Source: Candidatus Latescibacterota bacterium (GTDB taxonomy: Bacteria > Latescibacterota > UBA2968 > GCA-2709665). Taken from it: a stretch of DNA of 64,000 nt. The stretch covers positions 1,504,001 through 1,568,000 of the forward strand of contig OZ244937.1 in assembly GCA_965222075.1 (NCBI GenBank), read 5' to 3'. Below the pieces are notes generated by a model. It made no database searches. It was not told the DNA's origin and saw only the letters and a list, made by a program, of their open reading frames with translations. Position numbers and translations under genes: made by a program. This document shows, piece by piece, positions 30,421 through 39,839 of this stretch. Each line of letters opens with the position of its first letter. Position 1 is the stretch's first letter.

Positions 30421-31305
30421 TCAGGCCTCCCCGGCAGGCGTGCCTCCCCGGCGTTCTTCTTCCTCCTCCAGAAGGGGGACAAGGCTGGGACGTCTGCTGG
30501 CGTAGGGCGGCTCCATCAGGGCGCGCTGGAGCGGTGTCAGCTCCTCTTTGAACGACTCGTAGCCTTCCGGGTGGATACTCGGACCGGACCCGTACACCAT
30601 GTACCCCGTCCCATACCGGTACAGCAGCGTCCTGCGCTCGTGGGACCCTTTCCAGGGCAGCGTGCCGTGGGTGAGCGCCTCGGTAAAAATCAGCGCCGAC
30701 CCGGCCCCCATCGGCAGATGCTTGATCCACTCCGGGTGGGCCTCCAGGCGGCGCACATCCTCCGGGCAGGGGTAGTTCGCCCTGTGGCTGCCGGGAATAC
30801 ACGCGAATCCCCCATCGCCCGGATGGGTATCGGTAAGCTGGTAGCAGACCGCCATCAGCCCGTTCCACATCCGGCCGTCCTGAAAATGGTGAAAATAGGG
30901 ACCCCTCGGGCTTCCCCCACCGTGAAACAAAAATCCCTCGGCGCCGGCCGTCATGCTAATCCCATTCGCATTTCCATAGCGAAACCCGTCGCCAATCAGC
31001 TCCAGCATATATCGCATCGTCCTGGGGTGCGTGAGCAGGTCCCTGAACGGCTGGCACCAGGGCTTCGGCCAGTTCAAAATGCCCATAATATCGCCCCGGC
31101 CGTGCGTACCCTTCAAAGCCGACGCAGCCTGTCCCCCGTGCTGTTTGGCCGCACCGGACAATAACGCCTCTCCCTCCCTGATATGGACCTGGTCCCGGTT
31201 GTGATCGATCGCCTCATTCAGCGCCGCCACCTCCTCGGGCTTCAGCATATCCTCAACCACCAGGTAACCGTTAACGTCAAAACAATATTTCTCATAGGCG
31301 TCCAT
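30421..31305 (-). CDS. Phytanoyl-CoA dioxygenase (PhyH) family Fe(II)/2OG enzyme, HGG variant
   Basis: FDVNGYLVV, GGFACIPGSH, FTEALTHG, RRT. Start MDAYEKY follows AGGAGG. Confidence 0.88.
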   Translation of the reverse strand: MDAYEKYCFDVNGYLVVEDMLKPEEVAALNEAIDHNRDQVHIREGEALLSGAAKQHGGQAASALKGTHGRGDIMGILNWPKPWCQPFRDLLTHPRTMRYMLELIGDGFRYGNANGISMTAGAEGFLFHGGGSPRGPYFHHFQDGRMWNGLMAVCYQLTDTHPGDGGFACIPGSHRANYPCPEDVRRLEAHPEWIKHLPMGAGSALIFTEALTHGTLPWKGSHERRTLLYRYGTGYMVYGSGPSIHPEGYESFKEELTPLQRALMEPPYASRRPSLVPLLEEEEERRGGTPAGEA

Positions 31306-31348
31306 ACTACCCTCCTGGGTCAAACCACCACCGCGAACAATGAAAAGT

Positions 31349-32469
31349 TCAGATACGCCAGACTTCCTTCCCGCACACAAGATACGCCCCCGCGCCATCC
31401 GTTTCCACAATCGAACAGGGCCCCGGCATCCCTGCCTGCGCCGATGGCTCGGCAGGCAGGCGGCCCAGCGCTCGACCATCCCCCGACGGGCGCATGGCTC
31501 TGAGTTCCCCCTGATTGTCAATCACAAGCGTCTCGTCCCCCCGCGTCATCGTACGAGTGGCTGCCCCCGCCCAGCCCAGCCCATCGATCAGCAGAAAATC
31601 CTCTTCCGGCCTCCAGCCTGTACGCACGGACAGCTTGTCGAAACAACGCTCGATCGACGCGAAAGGAGGCGTCGTAACAGCTCCCGGCGCCCCATGCGCA
31701 TCCCGTTCCCACGCGTGGTACAGGTAACAGCTCCCGGCGCCCCCGGGTCCACCGGCACAACGGTCACCCCCACCCTATCTTCCGGCGCCCTCGGCGCCAC
31801 GCCCGCGTCGAACGCCCGGGGCAGCGAAGTCAAACTGACCAGCCGCCGGTCCGGGGGCGCCAGGTCGTGTACGAACCTGTAGCGCCCGTCGTTAAAATAC
31901 GCTGCCGCGGCCCGCAGGCTCGGCCCGGGAAACTGCCGCTTCAGATCGCTGTCTCCCGCGGACGGCAGCCATCCCTCGTTGTTCACAACGGCCATCGCAG
32001 CCTCCGCGGCCTGCCTCGCCCCGCCCTGCTCGAAGTATCCGTGTTCCGGATCGTTGAGCCCGTACTCCACCATCACCGGTTGCGACATCCACCAGCCGTG
32101 GCACAGACCGTCGCACAGCGGCTTCCAGGACGGGCCGTAGGGCGCATACGCCCGCCTGGCGGCCTTCACCCACTGCTCCGGCCCCGGCAGATCCGGAAAA
32201 TACATCCGGAAATACGCCGCCGCGTACGTCAGCGCCAGAGCCGGGATCAGCTCGTGGTTCTGCCGGGGAATGTGCATGCTCACCACGCGGGGGCAGTGCC
32301 ACACATGATGCCAGCCCTCCGCGCTCTCCGCCCACCCGTAAATGAACCGGGTAATCGCAAGCCGCTCCGCCTCACTGAACAGATTCATAGGCTCAACCAG
32401 CCGCCAGGGCTGCAGCCGGTTCAAGCTGTTGGGAATCGTTTCGGAACGCGCTCCGATGCCGCCGTACAT
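31349..32469 (-). pseudogene. Collapsed heparinase II/III-like paralog (5' and internal deletions, two frameshifts)
   Basis: Homologous blocks lie in three frames: WRLVE..FSEAERL..RQNH..KPLCD; CFDKLSVRTGW..DFLLIDGLG; GGSHSYDD. A 20-bp duplication (31674/31724) and a 5-bp duplication (~31570) shift the frame. Confidence 0.8.
31431..31460. repeat. CCTGCCTG...CAGGCAGG hairpin element, 30 bp
   Basis: cctgcctgcgccgatggctcggcaggcagg. Confidence 0.75.
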
Positions 32470-32470
32470 C

Positions 32471-35400
32471 CTATACAAAGCATTCCACCACCCCGTCCCG
32501 CCGGCCCACCACCAGTCCACCCTCGGACCACGCCGCCGCTGCCGTCGCCTCCACCCGCTCACCGCCCGACGACCGGATCTCTCCCCCTGCTCCCAGAGCC
32601 ACCACCCTCCCATCCCCAAGCGCCACCAGACACCCTCCAGAATCGTCCGGAGACAATCCCACCACAGGCTCCACCAGAAACCGGCTCCACAAACGCCTGC
32701 CATCCGACTCGAAACACTGCACATACCCATTCGACGCGCCCGCATACACCCGTCCGCCGGACGCCTCAACCGACAGCACCGCACCCCCAAAATCCGCATC
32801 CCACAACACCTCGCCATCCCCACCATACACAATCAACTGCCGGTGGTTCGTATCCACACCACTGAGCACCTCTTCCCATCCATCCCCATCCACATCCCCC
32901 ACACAAAGACACTTCGACCACGACGGAATCGACCAGCTCATAATATCCGGTCGCGACAACGTCTGCACACACGTCCCGTCCGACCCATACACCCGAACAC
33001 AACCGTGAATCGAAGGGTCCGCCAGACCCGCCAGCACACGCGCCCCCTCCTTTAGTCGCGCCACCTCCAAACACGTCGGCGGACCCCACTGGCAGGCCGA
33101 ACGCCAGATCAGCTCGCCCCCCTCGCCAAACACATAAACGTGACGGTCCGCACATCCCGCCAGAATCTCCTCCTTCCCATCCCCATCAATATCTCCCGCC
33201 GCCAGACTCAGCACCTGACAGTTCAGCCACGTCCAGTAATCCCAGTTCATCGGCTGCCACTCCAACTGATGGGACCACACCTCCTTGCCCGACCCATCCA
33301 GCCGATGTACCACCTCAGCCTCTCCACCGGCAACCACCCCTCCGTCCGCCAGAGCCAGGACCGTCCGGATCGCTCCGGAAGCCCGATAGGTCCACCGTAT
33401 CTTGCCCTCTCGATCAAATGCCGTGATCCCTCCCCGGTCATCGCCTGCGCAGCATCCCCCTTCCCACACATCCATCGCCGTGACGGCTGACCCGCACGAA
33501 CTGCGCCACACAGGCTTCGCGTCTCCTTGCACAGGTGCAAACGGCCCTGCGTCTGACGCGTCCAATGCGCTGCCTGCGGTGGGAAGGATCGCTGCATCCC
33601 CCTGTACCTCAACCGCGCCACCGCCCTCCGCAAACGAGATCACCACCTCTGTCCCTTCACCTTCAACCCGGTAGCCCGATGCTTCCGGAACCAGCGCATA
33701 CTCCCGGGGATGCTCCCGATCGTCACTCCAGAACAGGGTGGCAAATCTCACCCCCTCACCCACATCGAGCCGAACCAGAGAACGCTGGACCCACCGCAAC
33801 CCCTCCTTTGCCAAAGCAGAAGCCACCGGAATCAACGCTTGAGATCCGCTTCCCACATGCTGCATCGTCAACCGCGCATCCCCCTGAACCGAACGCAGCA
33901 CCCCATCCGACAGCGCCACCTCGCCAAGCACGTGCCAGCGACCCTCAACCAGAAACTCCCCTTCCACCTGCGCCCAAATCTCGTCAACCACCAGGAACCA
34001 CCCCGCCTTGCCGTGCACAACATGACGATACCAGTCGCCCTGGCCCGGATACCCCATCGACGTGCCCGCCACCGAAAGGCGCTCTCCTTCCTGGAGATAC
34101 CGCAGCGACGCATACCTGGACTCACAGCCCGGACCGGCCCCATCCACCGCGATGTTCACCCCGTTGTGATCCCGCACCGACGCGGGTCCCACACGCCCCC
34201 CGAACCAGTTCTGTCCCCGGCCGGTATACCGCACAATACAGTTGCCGTCCTGATAGGAATGGGACCCGCCCGAAATCCCGCACAGCAGCAGATAGTCGTC
34301 TTCATCCGTCCAGCCCGAACGGAAAAACACCTTATCGAACGCCTGCTCAAACAGCACGTCGCGCAGGTACACGCCCTCGGGCGCGAAACCGCTAAACCCC
34401 TCAAGCGAATCGTAGAACAGTCGCGAGAGCGGAGCCACGCCCACTCGTCCCAGCCTCTCCGGCGCCACGGCCGCACGTCCCGTCACCCACGTCCGGAACG
34501 GCTCCACCTGATGCCGCACCGCCTGCCCGGCCAGGGCGTCTTCATCCGATACCCCGCAAAGCTGGAGGTACTCGTCGTTCCCCGTCACCGCCGCAGCCAT
34601 CAACAAATACTGCTGCGGCCCTCCTTCCAGGTTGCTGTGCGCAATCAGCGCCCGGTCCACTCCCTCCAGGTAAGGCTTGCTGGAGAAATAGTCCATCTTC
34701 CCCGAAGCCAGCGCATAATCCGCCGTATTGAACAGCGAAAACGCCCACTGGTGTCCCCACGAGTCACACACGGGCTTGTTCGACGTCATCTGGGGCGCGA
34801 AAAACACGTCGGCCAGCTTCATCCACCCCAGCCCCTCGGCAAGCCCATGTACCTGGTGGAAATACCGCCCTCCGTAAAAGAGATCCAGTCCCGACATCGT
34901 CTGGTGATTCTGCCGCACCTGGTCTACACCCACGTAATTTAGAAAACCGGGGTTGCCCGCGCCCTCCGTGGACCGGTAAAGCCCCAGGAAGGCCTCCAGC
35001 GTCTCCTCCCGCTGTTCTTTCGAAAGCCCCGGATGATTTTCCAGAATGGTGAACGGCAGCAGCATTGTCCTCAAAAAACCGTGGATCTGCGGCGGGTCCG
35101 GCAGGTGTCGCTCAAACCACCGCGTGCGGGCGAAATGGCAGACCTGTCGGCAGAACATCGCCATCAGCTCCTCCATACCGGTCTGCACCCCCAGCATCCC
35201 AATCTCGGAGATCGCCCACATATAGGTCCAGTCTCCCGGCCCGCTTGTAAACTCCCGTTCCAGCGCCTCATCGCCTTTGTTCAGCCGCTCTTGCGCCGGC
35301 TTCAGAGACAGGTCCGCCCACTTCCCCAGCTTCACCCGATACTGAAACGGAAGCACGGCTCCCTCCGCCTCGATCGTACGGGACAGCGCCTCCGCCGCCT

Positions 35401-35761
35401 CAGACACATCCTCCGCCCGGCTCACGCCCACCACAACCACGTGCCCCACGCCGTCTAAGGAATGAGGCGCCGTCCGGATCGCCCACCCTCCCGGACCCGG
35501 CCACACCCGGTCGGTCAGATCGTAGGCCCGGAAATAGAGCGTTCTCAAAAACGCGCTGTCCATCATATTCCCCAGCGCAATCACATGGCGTCCATCCGCG
35601 TCAAGCCTCTCGTCCGGCAAAATCTCTACCCTGTGCGAAAGCACCCCTTCCAGGGCGGATTGCAGGCGATGCGCTGCTGCCTGATAAGGCTCGGCCTCAG
35701 GCGCCGAAATACAGACGCCCGAAGTTAGATCCGTTTTGTGAATCGGTTTGGAGAACATCAT
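32471..35761 (-). CDS. Heparinase II/III-like lyase + beta-propeller (paralog B1)
   Basis: RQNH, FDKVFFRSGW..DYLLL..SHSYQDGN, DIDGDG/DVDGDG repeats; no signal peptide. Confidence 0.68.
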   Translation of the reverse strand: MMFSKPIHKTDLTSGVCISAPEAEPYQAAAHRLQSALEGVLSHRVEILPDERLDADGRHVIALGNMMDSAFLRTLYFRAYDLTDRVWPGPGGWAIRTAPHSLDGVGHVVVVGVSRAEDVSEAAEALSRTIEAEGAVLPFQYRVKLGKWADLSLKPAQERLNKGDEALEREFTSGPGDWTYMWAISEIGMLGVQTGMEELMAMFCRQVCHFARTRWFERHLPDPPQIHGFLRTMLLPFTILENHPGLSKEQREETLEAFLGLYRSTEGAGNPGFLNYVGVDQVRQNHQTMSGLDLFYGGRYFHQVHGLAEGLGWMKLADVFFAPQMTSNKPVCDSWGHQWAFSLFNTADYALASGKMDYFSSKPYLEGVDRALIAHSNLEGGPQQYLLMAAAVTGNDEYLQLCGVSDEDALAGQAVRHQVEPFRTWVTGRAAVAPERLGRVGVAPLSRLFYDSLEGFSGFAPEGVYLRDVLFEQAFDKVFFRSGWTDEDDYLLLCGISGGSHSYQDGNCIVRYTGRGQNWFGGRVGPASVRDHNGVNIAVDGAGPGCESRYASLRYLQEGERLSVAGTSMGYPGQGDWYRHVVHGKAGWFLVVDEIWAQVEGEFLVEGRWHVLGEVALSDGVLRSVQGDARLTMQHVGSGSQALIPVASALAKEGLRWVQRSLVRLDVGEGVRFATLFWSDDREHPREYALVPEASGYRVEGEGTEVVISFAEGGGAVEVQGDAAILPTAGSALDASDAGPFAPVQGDAKPVWRSSCGSAVTAMDVWEGGCCAGDDRGGITAFDREGKIRWTYRASGAIRTVLALADGGVVAGGEAEVVHRLDGSGKEVWSHQLEWQPMNWDYWTWLNCQVLSLAAGDIDGDGKEEILAGCADRHVYVFGEGGELIWRSACQWGPPTCLEVARLKEGARVLAGLADPSIHGCVRVYGSDGTCVQTLSRPDIMSWSIPSWSKCLCVGDVDGDGWEEVLSGVDTNHRQLIVYGGDGEVLWDADFGGAVLSVEASGGRVYAGASNGYVQCFESDGRRLWSRFLVEPVVGLSPDDSGGCLVALGDGRVVALGAGGEIRSSGGERVEATAAAAWSEGGLVVGRRDGVVECFV

Positions 35762-35883
35762 ATCACAATCCTTTCTACGGGCCTCAAGCCCTCCGAACAG
35801 ACCCCATCCTCATTGCCCGGAACAGGCCTGCCGTTTCATTTTTCTCCCTTTGAGGGCACCCCCCCGAAGCGCCTTGAAGACGC

Positions 35884-38800
35884 CTACCGGTACAGTTCAA
35901 ACGTACCATCCTTCCGTCCCACGAGCAGCCCCCCTTCCGGCGACGCCCACGCCGCTGCGGTCGCTTCCGATGTCCCTGCGTCTGTCGTCTTGATCTTTCC
36001 CGAGCCGTCCAGACTGACGACCGTTCCACCTCGCAAAGCCACCAGACACCCTTGATGTACATCCGGGGCCAAGCCGACCACCGGCTCGGCCAGAAACCGG
36101 CGCCACAGTCGGTTGCCCCCTGTGCCAAAACACTGCACAAATCCGTTCGATGCACCGGCATACACCCGTCCCTCAAAGGCCTCAACCGCCAGCACCGCGC
36201 CTCCCAGGTCCGCATCCCAGATCACCCCGCCATCCCGCCGGTACAGGATCAACTGACGGTGGTTGGTATCCACTCCGCTGATCACCTCTTCCCGGCCGTC
36301 CCCGTCCACATCCGCTGCCCGCAGACATCTGGACCAGGAGGGAATGGACCAGCTCACGATATCCGGACGCGAAAGGGTCTGCACAAGCGTCCCGTCCCTC
36401 CCGTAAACCAGGGTGTGTGCGTGGATGGCGGGGTCTGCCAGCCCGGCGAGCGTCTGCTGCTCCGGTCCCTCCATCAACCGCGCCGTGACCAGACACACCG
36501 GCGGCCCCCATTGACAGGCCGACCGCCACAGCAGGTTGCCCCCATCGTCGAACGCATAAACGTGACGGTCTGCGCACCCCGCCAGAATCTCCTCCCGGCC
36601 ATCCCCGTTGATATCACCGGTCGCCAGGCTCAGAACCACGCAGTTCTTCTGCGTCCAGCTATCCCAGTTCATCCGCTGCCACTCAATCCGATAGGACCAG
36701 ACCGCGTCTCCGGAAGCATCCAGCCGGTACACGGTTTCCCGGTCACCTCCCACCGCCACGCCCCCATCTTCCAGGACCGCAAGCGCCCGGACGCCGCCTC
36801 CTACCTCTCGCTTCCAGAGCACATCACCTTCCGGACTGAACGACGTAACCCCGCCGCCAACATCGCCCGCAACCCCCCACTCCTCCCCGATGTCAAGCGC
36901 CGTCACATGTTCTGCACACGTCGCACGCCATACCGGCCTCGCTTCACCGCCCGCGATTCGGAAGGGCGCCGCATCGGACGCATCGGTGTTGCGGCCGGCG
37001 GCCTGTCTGCCTGCTTGCGCGCTGCGCGCAGGCAAGTGTGCGTGAGACAGCACGCACAGGCAGGTCGGCAGCGTCGCTCCGGCCGCCGTGACCTCCGGCG
37101 TCTCACCCCTCTCCGTGAATACAACCCTTACGGGTTCCCCTTCCCCTTCGATCCGAAAACCCGTATCCTCCTCAAGCAGACTGTAATCCCGGCCACCGTC
37201 AACCCGATCCGTCCAGAAGAGCGTCCCAAACCGGGTCCCCGTGCCAGGCTCAAGCTGCGCCACGGACCGCTGGACCCACCGCGAGTAGTCCTCCACACAC
37301 GCATCATCCGACGCAACCAGTTCATGCTGCCCACTCCCCACGTGCCGCATCCTCAACTGCGCCTCACCCTGAACCGAACACAACAGACCCTCGGCAAGCG
37401 TCACCTCCCCAAGCAGATGCCAGCGACACTCAACCAGAAACTCCCCTGTCACGTGTGGCCAGACCTCGTCGACGACCAGAAACCACCCTTCGCGGCTGTA
37501 CACGATATGCCGATACCAGTCCCCCTGCTCCGGATAGGTCATCGATGTCCCCGCTACGGACAGCGTCTCTCCTTCCTGAAGATACCGCAGGGCCGCATAC
37601 CTGGACTCGCAGCCCGGCCCGGAGCCGTCTACCGCAAGACTCACCCCCGTGTAACCCCGAACCGATGCGGGAGCGTTACCCCCGGAGCCTTTGAACCAGG
37701 ACGCTCCCCGGCTCGTGTATCGCACAATACAGTTGCCATCCTGATAGGAGTGCGAACCTCCCGAGATCCCGTCCAGCAGCAGATAATCGTCTTCTTCCGT
37801 CCATCCGGACCGGAAAAACACCTTGTCAAACGTCTGGTCGTAGGGCAAATTGCGCAAATACACGCCATTCTCGGGCGCAAACGTGGTATAGCTCTCAATC
37901 GAATCGTAAAACAATCGGGACAGGGGGGCCGCGCCCACCCGACCCAGCCTTTCCGGCACCACCGCCTGCCTTCCCGTCACCCACGTCCGCAGGGGCTCTT
38001 CAAACACCCTCACCGCCCGTTCTACCACCGCGTCCTCATCGGACGTTTCACACAGCTGCAGGTACTCATCGTTCCCCGTCACTGCTGCAGCCATCCGGCA
38101 ATACTGTTCCGGTGCGCCTTCCAGGCTGCTATGCGCAATAAGCGCCCGGTCCACACCCTCCAGGTAGGGCCGGCTTGAAAAGTAGCCCATCTTCCCCGAG
38201 GCCAGCGCATAGTCTGCCGTGTTGAAAAGCGAGGCGGCCCACTGATGCCCCCAGGAGTCGCACACGGGCTTGTTCGAAGCCATCTGGGGCGCAAAGAACA
38301 CCTCGGCCAACTTCATCCATGCCAGCCCCTCCGCAAGTCCGTGCACCTGGTGGAAATACCGTCCCCCGTAAAAGAGGTCCAGCGCGGATCGGGTCTGATG
38401 ATTCTGGCGAACCTGGTCAACACCCACCTGGGCCAGCAGTCCCCTGTTTCCCGCCCCCTCCGCGGATCTGAAGAGACCCAGCAACGCGTCCAGCGTCTCC
38501 TCCCGCTGTGCGTTTGGGAGACCGGGATGGTTTTCCAGAATCGAAAATGGCAGCAACAGAATCCGGATGAACCCGTGGATCAATGTCGGGTCCGTCAGCT
38601 CCCGCTCAAACCAGCGGGTGCGGGCAAAGTGACAGACCTGCTGGCAGAACATCCCCATCAACCCCTCCATCCCGGTCTGCACCGCCAGCATCCCGATATC
38701 GGCCACAACCATCATATAGGTCCAGTCTCCCGATCCCCCACCAATAGATTCTTGCTCCAGATCCCGATCTCTCCTGGCCAGCATCTCGCGCGCCGGCGTC

Positions 38801-39258
38801 AGATACAGATCCGACCATCTCCCCAGCTGCACCCGATACTGAAAGGGCAACACAGGCCCACTTGCCTCGATCACCCCCCCCAGCGCCTCCGCCGCCCCGG
38901 ACACATCCTCCGCCTGGCTCACACCCACCACAACCACGTGTCCCACGCCGTCTAAGGAATGAGGCGCCGTCCGGATCGCCCACCCTCCGGGACCCGGCCA
39001 CACCCGGTCGGCCAGATCGTAGGCCCGGAAATAGAGTGTCCGCAAAAACGCACTGTCCATCATATTCCCCAGCGCAATCACATGGCGTCCATCCGCGTCA
39101 AGCCTCTCGTCCGGCAGAACCTCTACACGCCCTGAGAGCGTATCCTCCAGAGCCGCCTTCAGGCGCCCGGCTGCTTCCTGATAAGGACCTGTCGCAGGTG
39201 CGGAAATACAGACCCCTTCCGCCAGATCCGTCTCGTGAACCGCAGGTGAAAACACCAT
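35884..39258 (-). CDS. Heparinase II/III-like lyase + beta-propeller (paralog B2) with 21-aa repeat-derived insertion
   Basis: Colinear with 32471-35761; extra peptide CLCVLSHAHLPARSAQAGRQA. Confidence 0.68.
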   Translation of the reverse strand: MVFSPAVHETDLAEGVCISAPATGPYQEAAGRLKAALEDTLSGRVEVLPDERLDADGRHVIALGNMMDSAFLRTLYFRAYDLADRVWPGPGGWAIRTAPHSLDGVGHVVVVGVSQAEDVSGAAEALGGVIEASGPVLPFQYRVQLGRWSDLYLTPAREMLARRDRDLEQESIGGGSGDWTYMMVVADIGMLAVQTGMEGLMGMFCQQVCHFARTRWFERELTDPTLIHGFIRILLLPFSILENHPGLPNAQREETLDALLGLFRSAEGAGNRGLLAQVGVDQVRQNHQTRSALDLFYGGRYFHQVHGLAEGLAWMKLAEVFFAPQMASNKPVCDSWGHQWAASLFNTADYALASGKMGYFSSRPYLEGVDRALIAHSSLEGAPEQYCRMAAAVTGNDEYLQLCETSDEDAVVERAVRVFEEPLRTWVTGRQAVVPERLGRVGAAPLSRLFYDSIESYTTFAPENGVYLRNLPYDQTFDKVFFRSGWTEEDDYLLLDGISGGSHSYQDGNCIVRYTSRGASWFKGSGGNAPASVRGYTGVSLAVDGSGPGCESRYAALRYLQEGETLSVAGTSMTYPEQGDWYRHIVYSREGWFLVVDEVWPHVTGEFLVECRWHLLGEVTLAEGLLCSVQGEAQLRMRHVGSGQHELVASDDACVEDYSRWVQRSVAQLEPGTGTRFGTLFWTDRVDGGRDYSLLEEDTGFRIEGEGEPVRVVFTERGETPEVTAAGATLPTCLCVLSHAHLPARSAQAGRQAAGRNTDASDAAPFRIAGGEARPVWRATCAEHVTALDIGEEWGVAGDVGGGVTSFSPEGDVLWKREVGGGVRALAVLEDGGVAVGGDRETVYRLDASGDAVWSYRIEWQRMNWDSWTQKNCVVLSLATGDINGDGREEILAGCADRHVYAFDDGGNLLWRSACQWGPPVCLVTARLMEGPEQQTLAGLADPAIHAHTLVYGRDGTLVQTLSRPDIVSWSIPSWSRCLRAADVDGDGREEVISGVDTNHRQLILYRRDGGVIWDADLGGAVLAVEAFEGRVYAGASNGFVQCFGTGGNRLWRRFLAEPVVGLAPDVHQGCLVALRGGTVVSLDGSGKIKTTDAGTSEATAAAWASPEGGLLVGRKDGTFELYR
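37002..37064. repeat. Nested palindromic element inserted in frame (63 bp)
   Basis: cctgtctg[cctgcttgcgcgctgcgcgcaggcaag]tgtgcgtgagacagcacgcacaggcagg. Removing it restores LPTAG as in the paralog. Confidence 0.9.
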
Positions 39259-39261
39259 CGT

Positions 39262-39378
39262 TCAGCCCCTTTCGTATGACTCGCTAACCTCGTAGCGCAC
39301 AACAATCAGACGCCCGGGACCGTGCACGCCAGGCGTCAACGTAAATTCAATATCGGCCGTTTTGCCCGGACCACTGAT
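39262..39378 (-). pseudogene. lutC: Displaced 3' end of lutC (direct repeat of 49909-50002)
   Basis: Encodes ISGPGKTADIEFTLTPGVHGPGRLIVVRYEVSESYERG*. Positions 39285-39378 match 49909-50002 at 89 of 94 bp. Confidence 0.9.
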
Positions 39379-39475
39379 CATGATAAACCGGAGAGGAGAT
39401 GACCACTGTCGGTCGGCGTTTGATGCCCCTCACGCCAGGGGAGTCAAGCACCACCATGTCGCCCAGATTAAACAA
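39378..39475 (-). pseudogene. N-terminal fragment of PemK/MazF-type toxin
   Basis: GGAG, then TTG start: LFNLGDMVVLDSPGVRGIKRRPTVVISSPVYHD (GD-V...KRRP-VVIS signature); cut at the lutC repeat. Confidence 0.7.
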
Positions 39476-39839
39476 GATTCTCCCCCTATGGGTAGAGTGC
39501 CGCCGCGTACTGTAAGGCGAGATCCTCGATCTCCTTTGTTGGTTGCAATTGCCTTTAGTCGCTTAGCCGCTCCGTTGGCTAAAGTCCAGTTGGAAGGAGC
39601 GCTCAAATTGGTCTTGACAATGGGGGCCACTTTAGCAAACATTGCTTTGGCAAAACCCCAATGCAGACCTTCCTCGACTCAAAGCACTTGAGTCAGGAGA
39701 AAATGTTGGATAACTTACAGCACAAACGTCAGCCCTTGGCTGCTGTCGGATAACTCGCCACTGTCAGATCAAGTTTTAGCGAGTACACTTCACAAAGAGC
39801 GCCGATAAATCTGACCGAATTGATGTCGAGAGAAGAAAT

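Noticed and set aside
6607-38955. Long plus-strand ORFs (e.g. 6607-7983, 28482-30551, 36052-38178)
   Set aside because: Antisense shadows of GC-rich minus-strand genes; R/P/H-rich with no family motifs.
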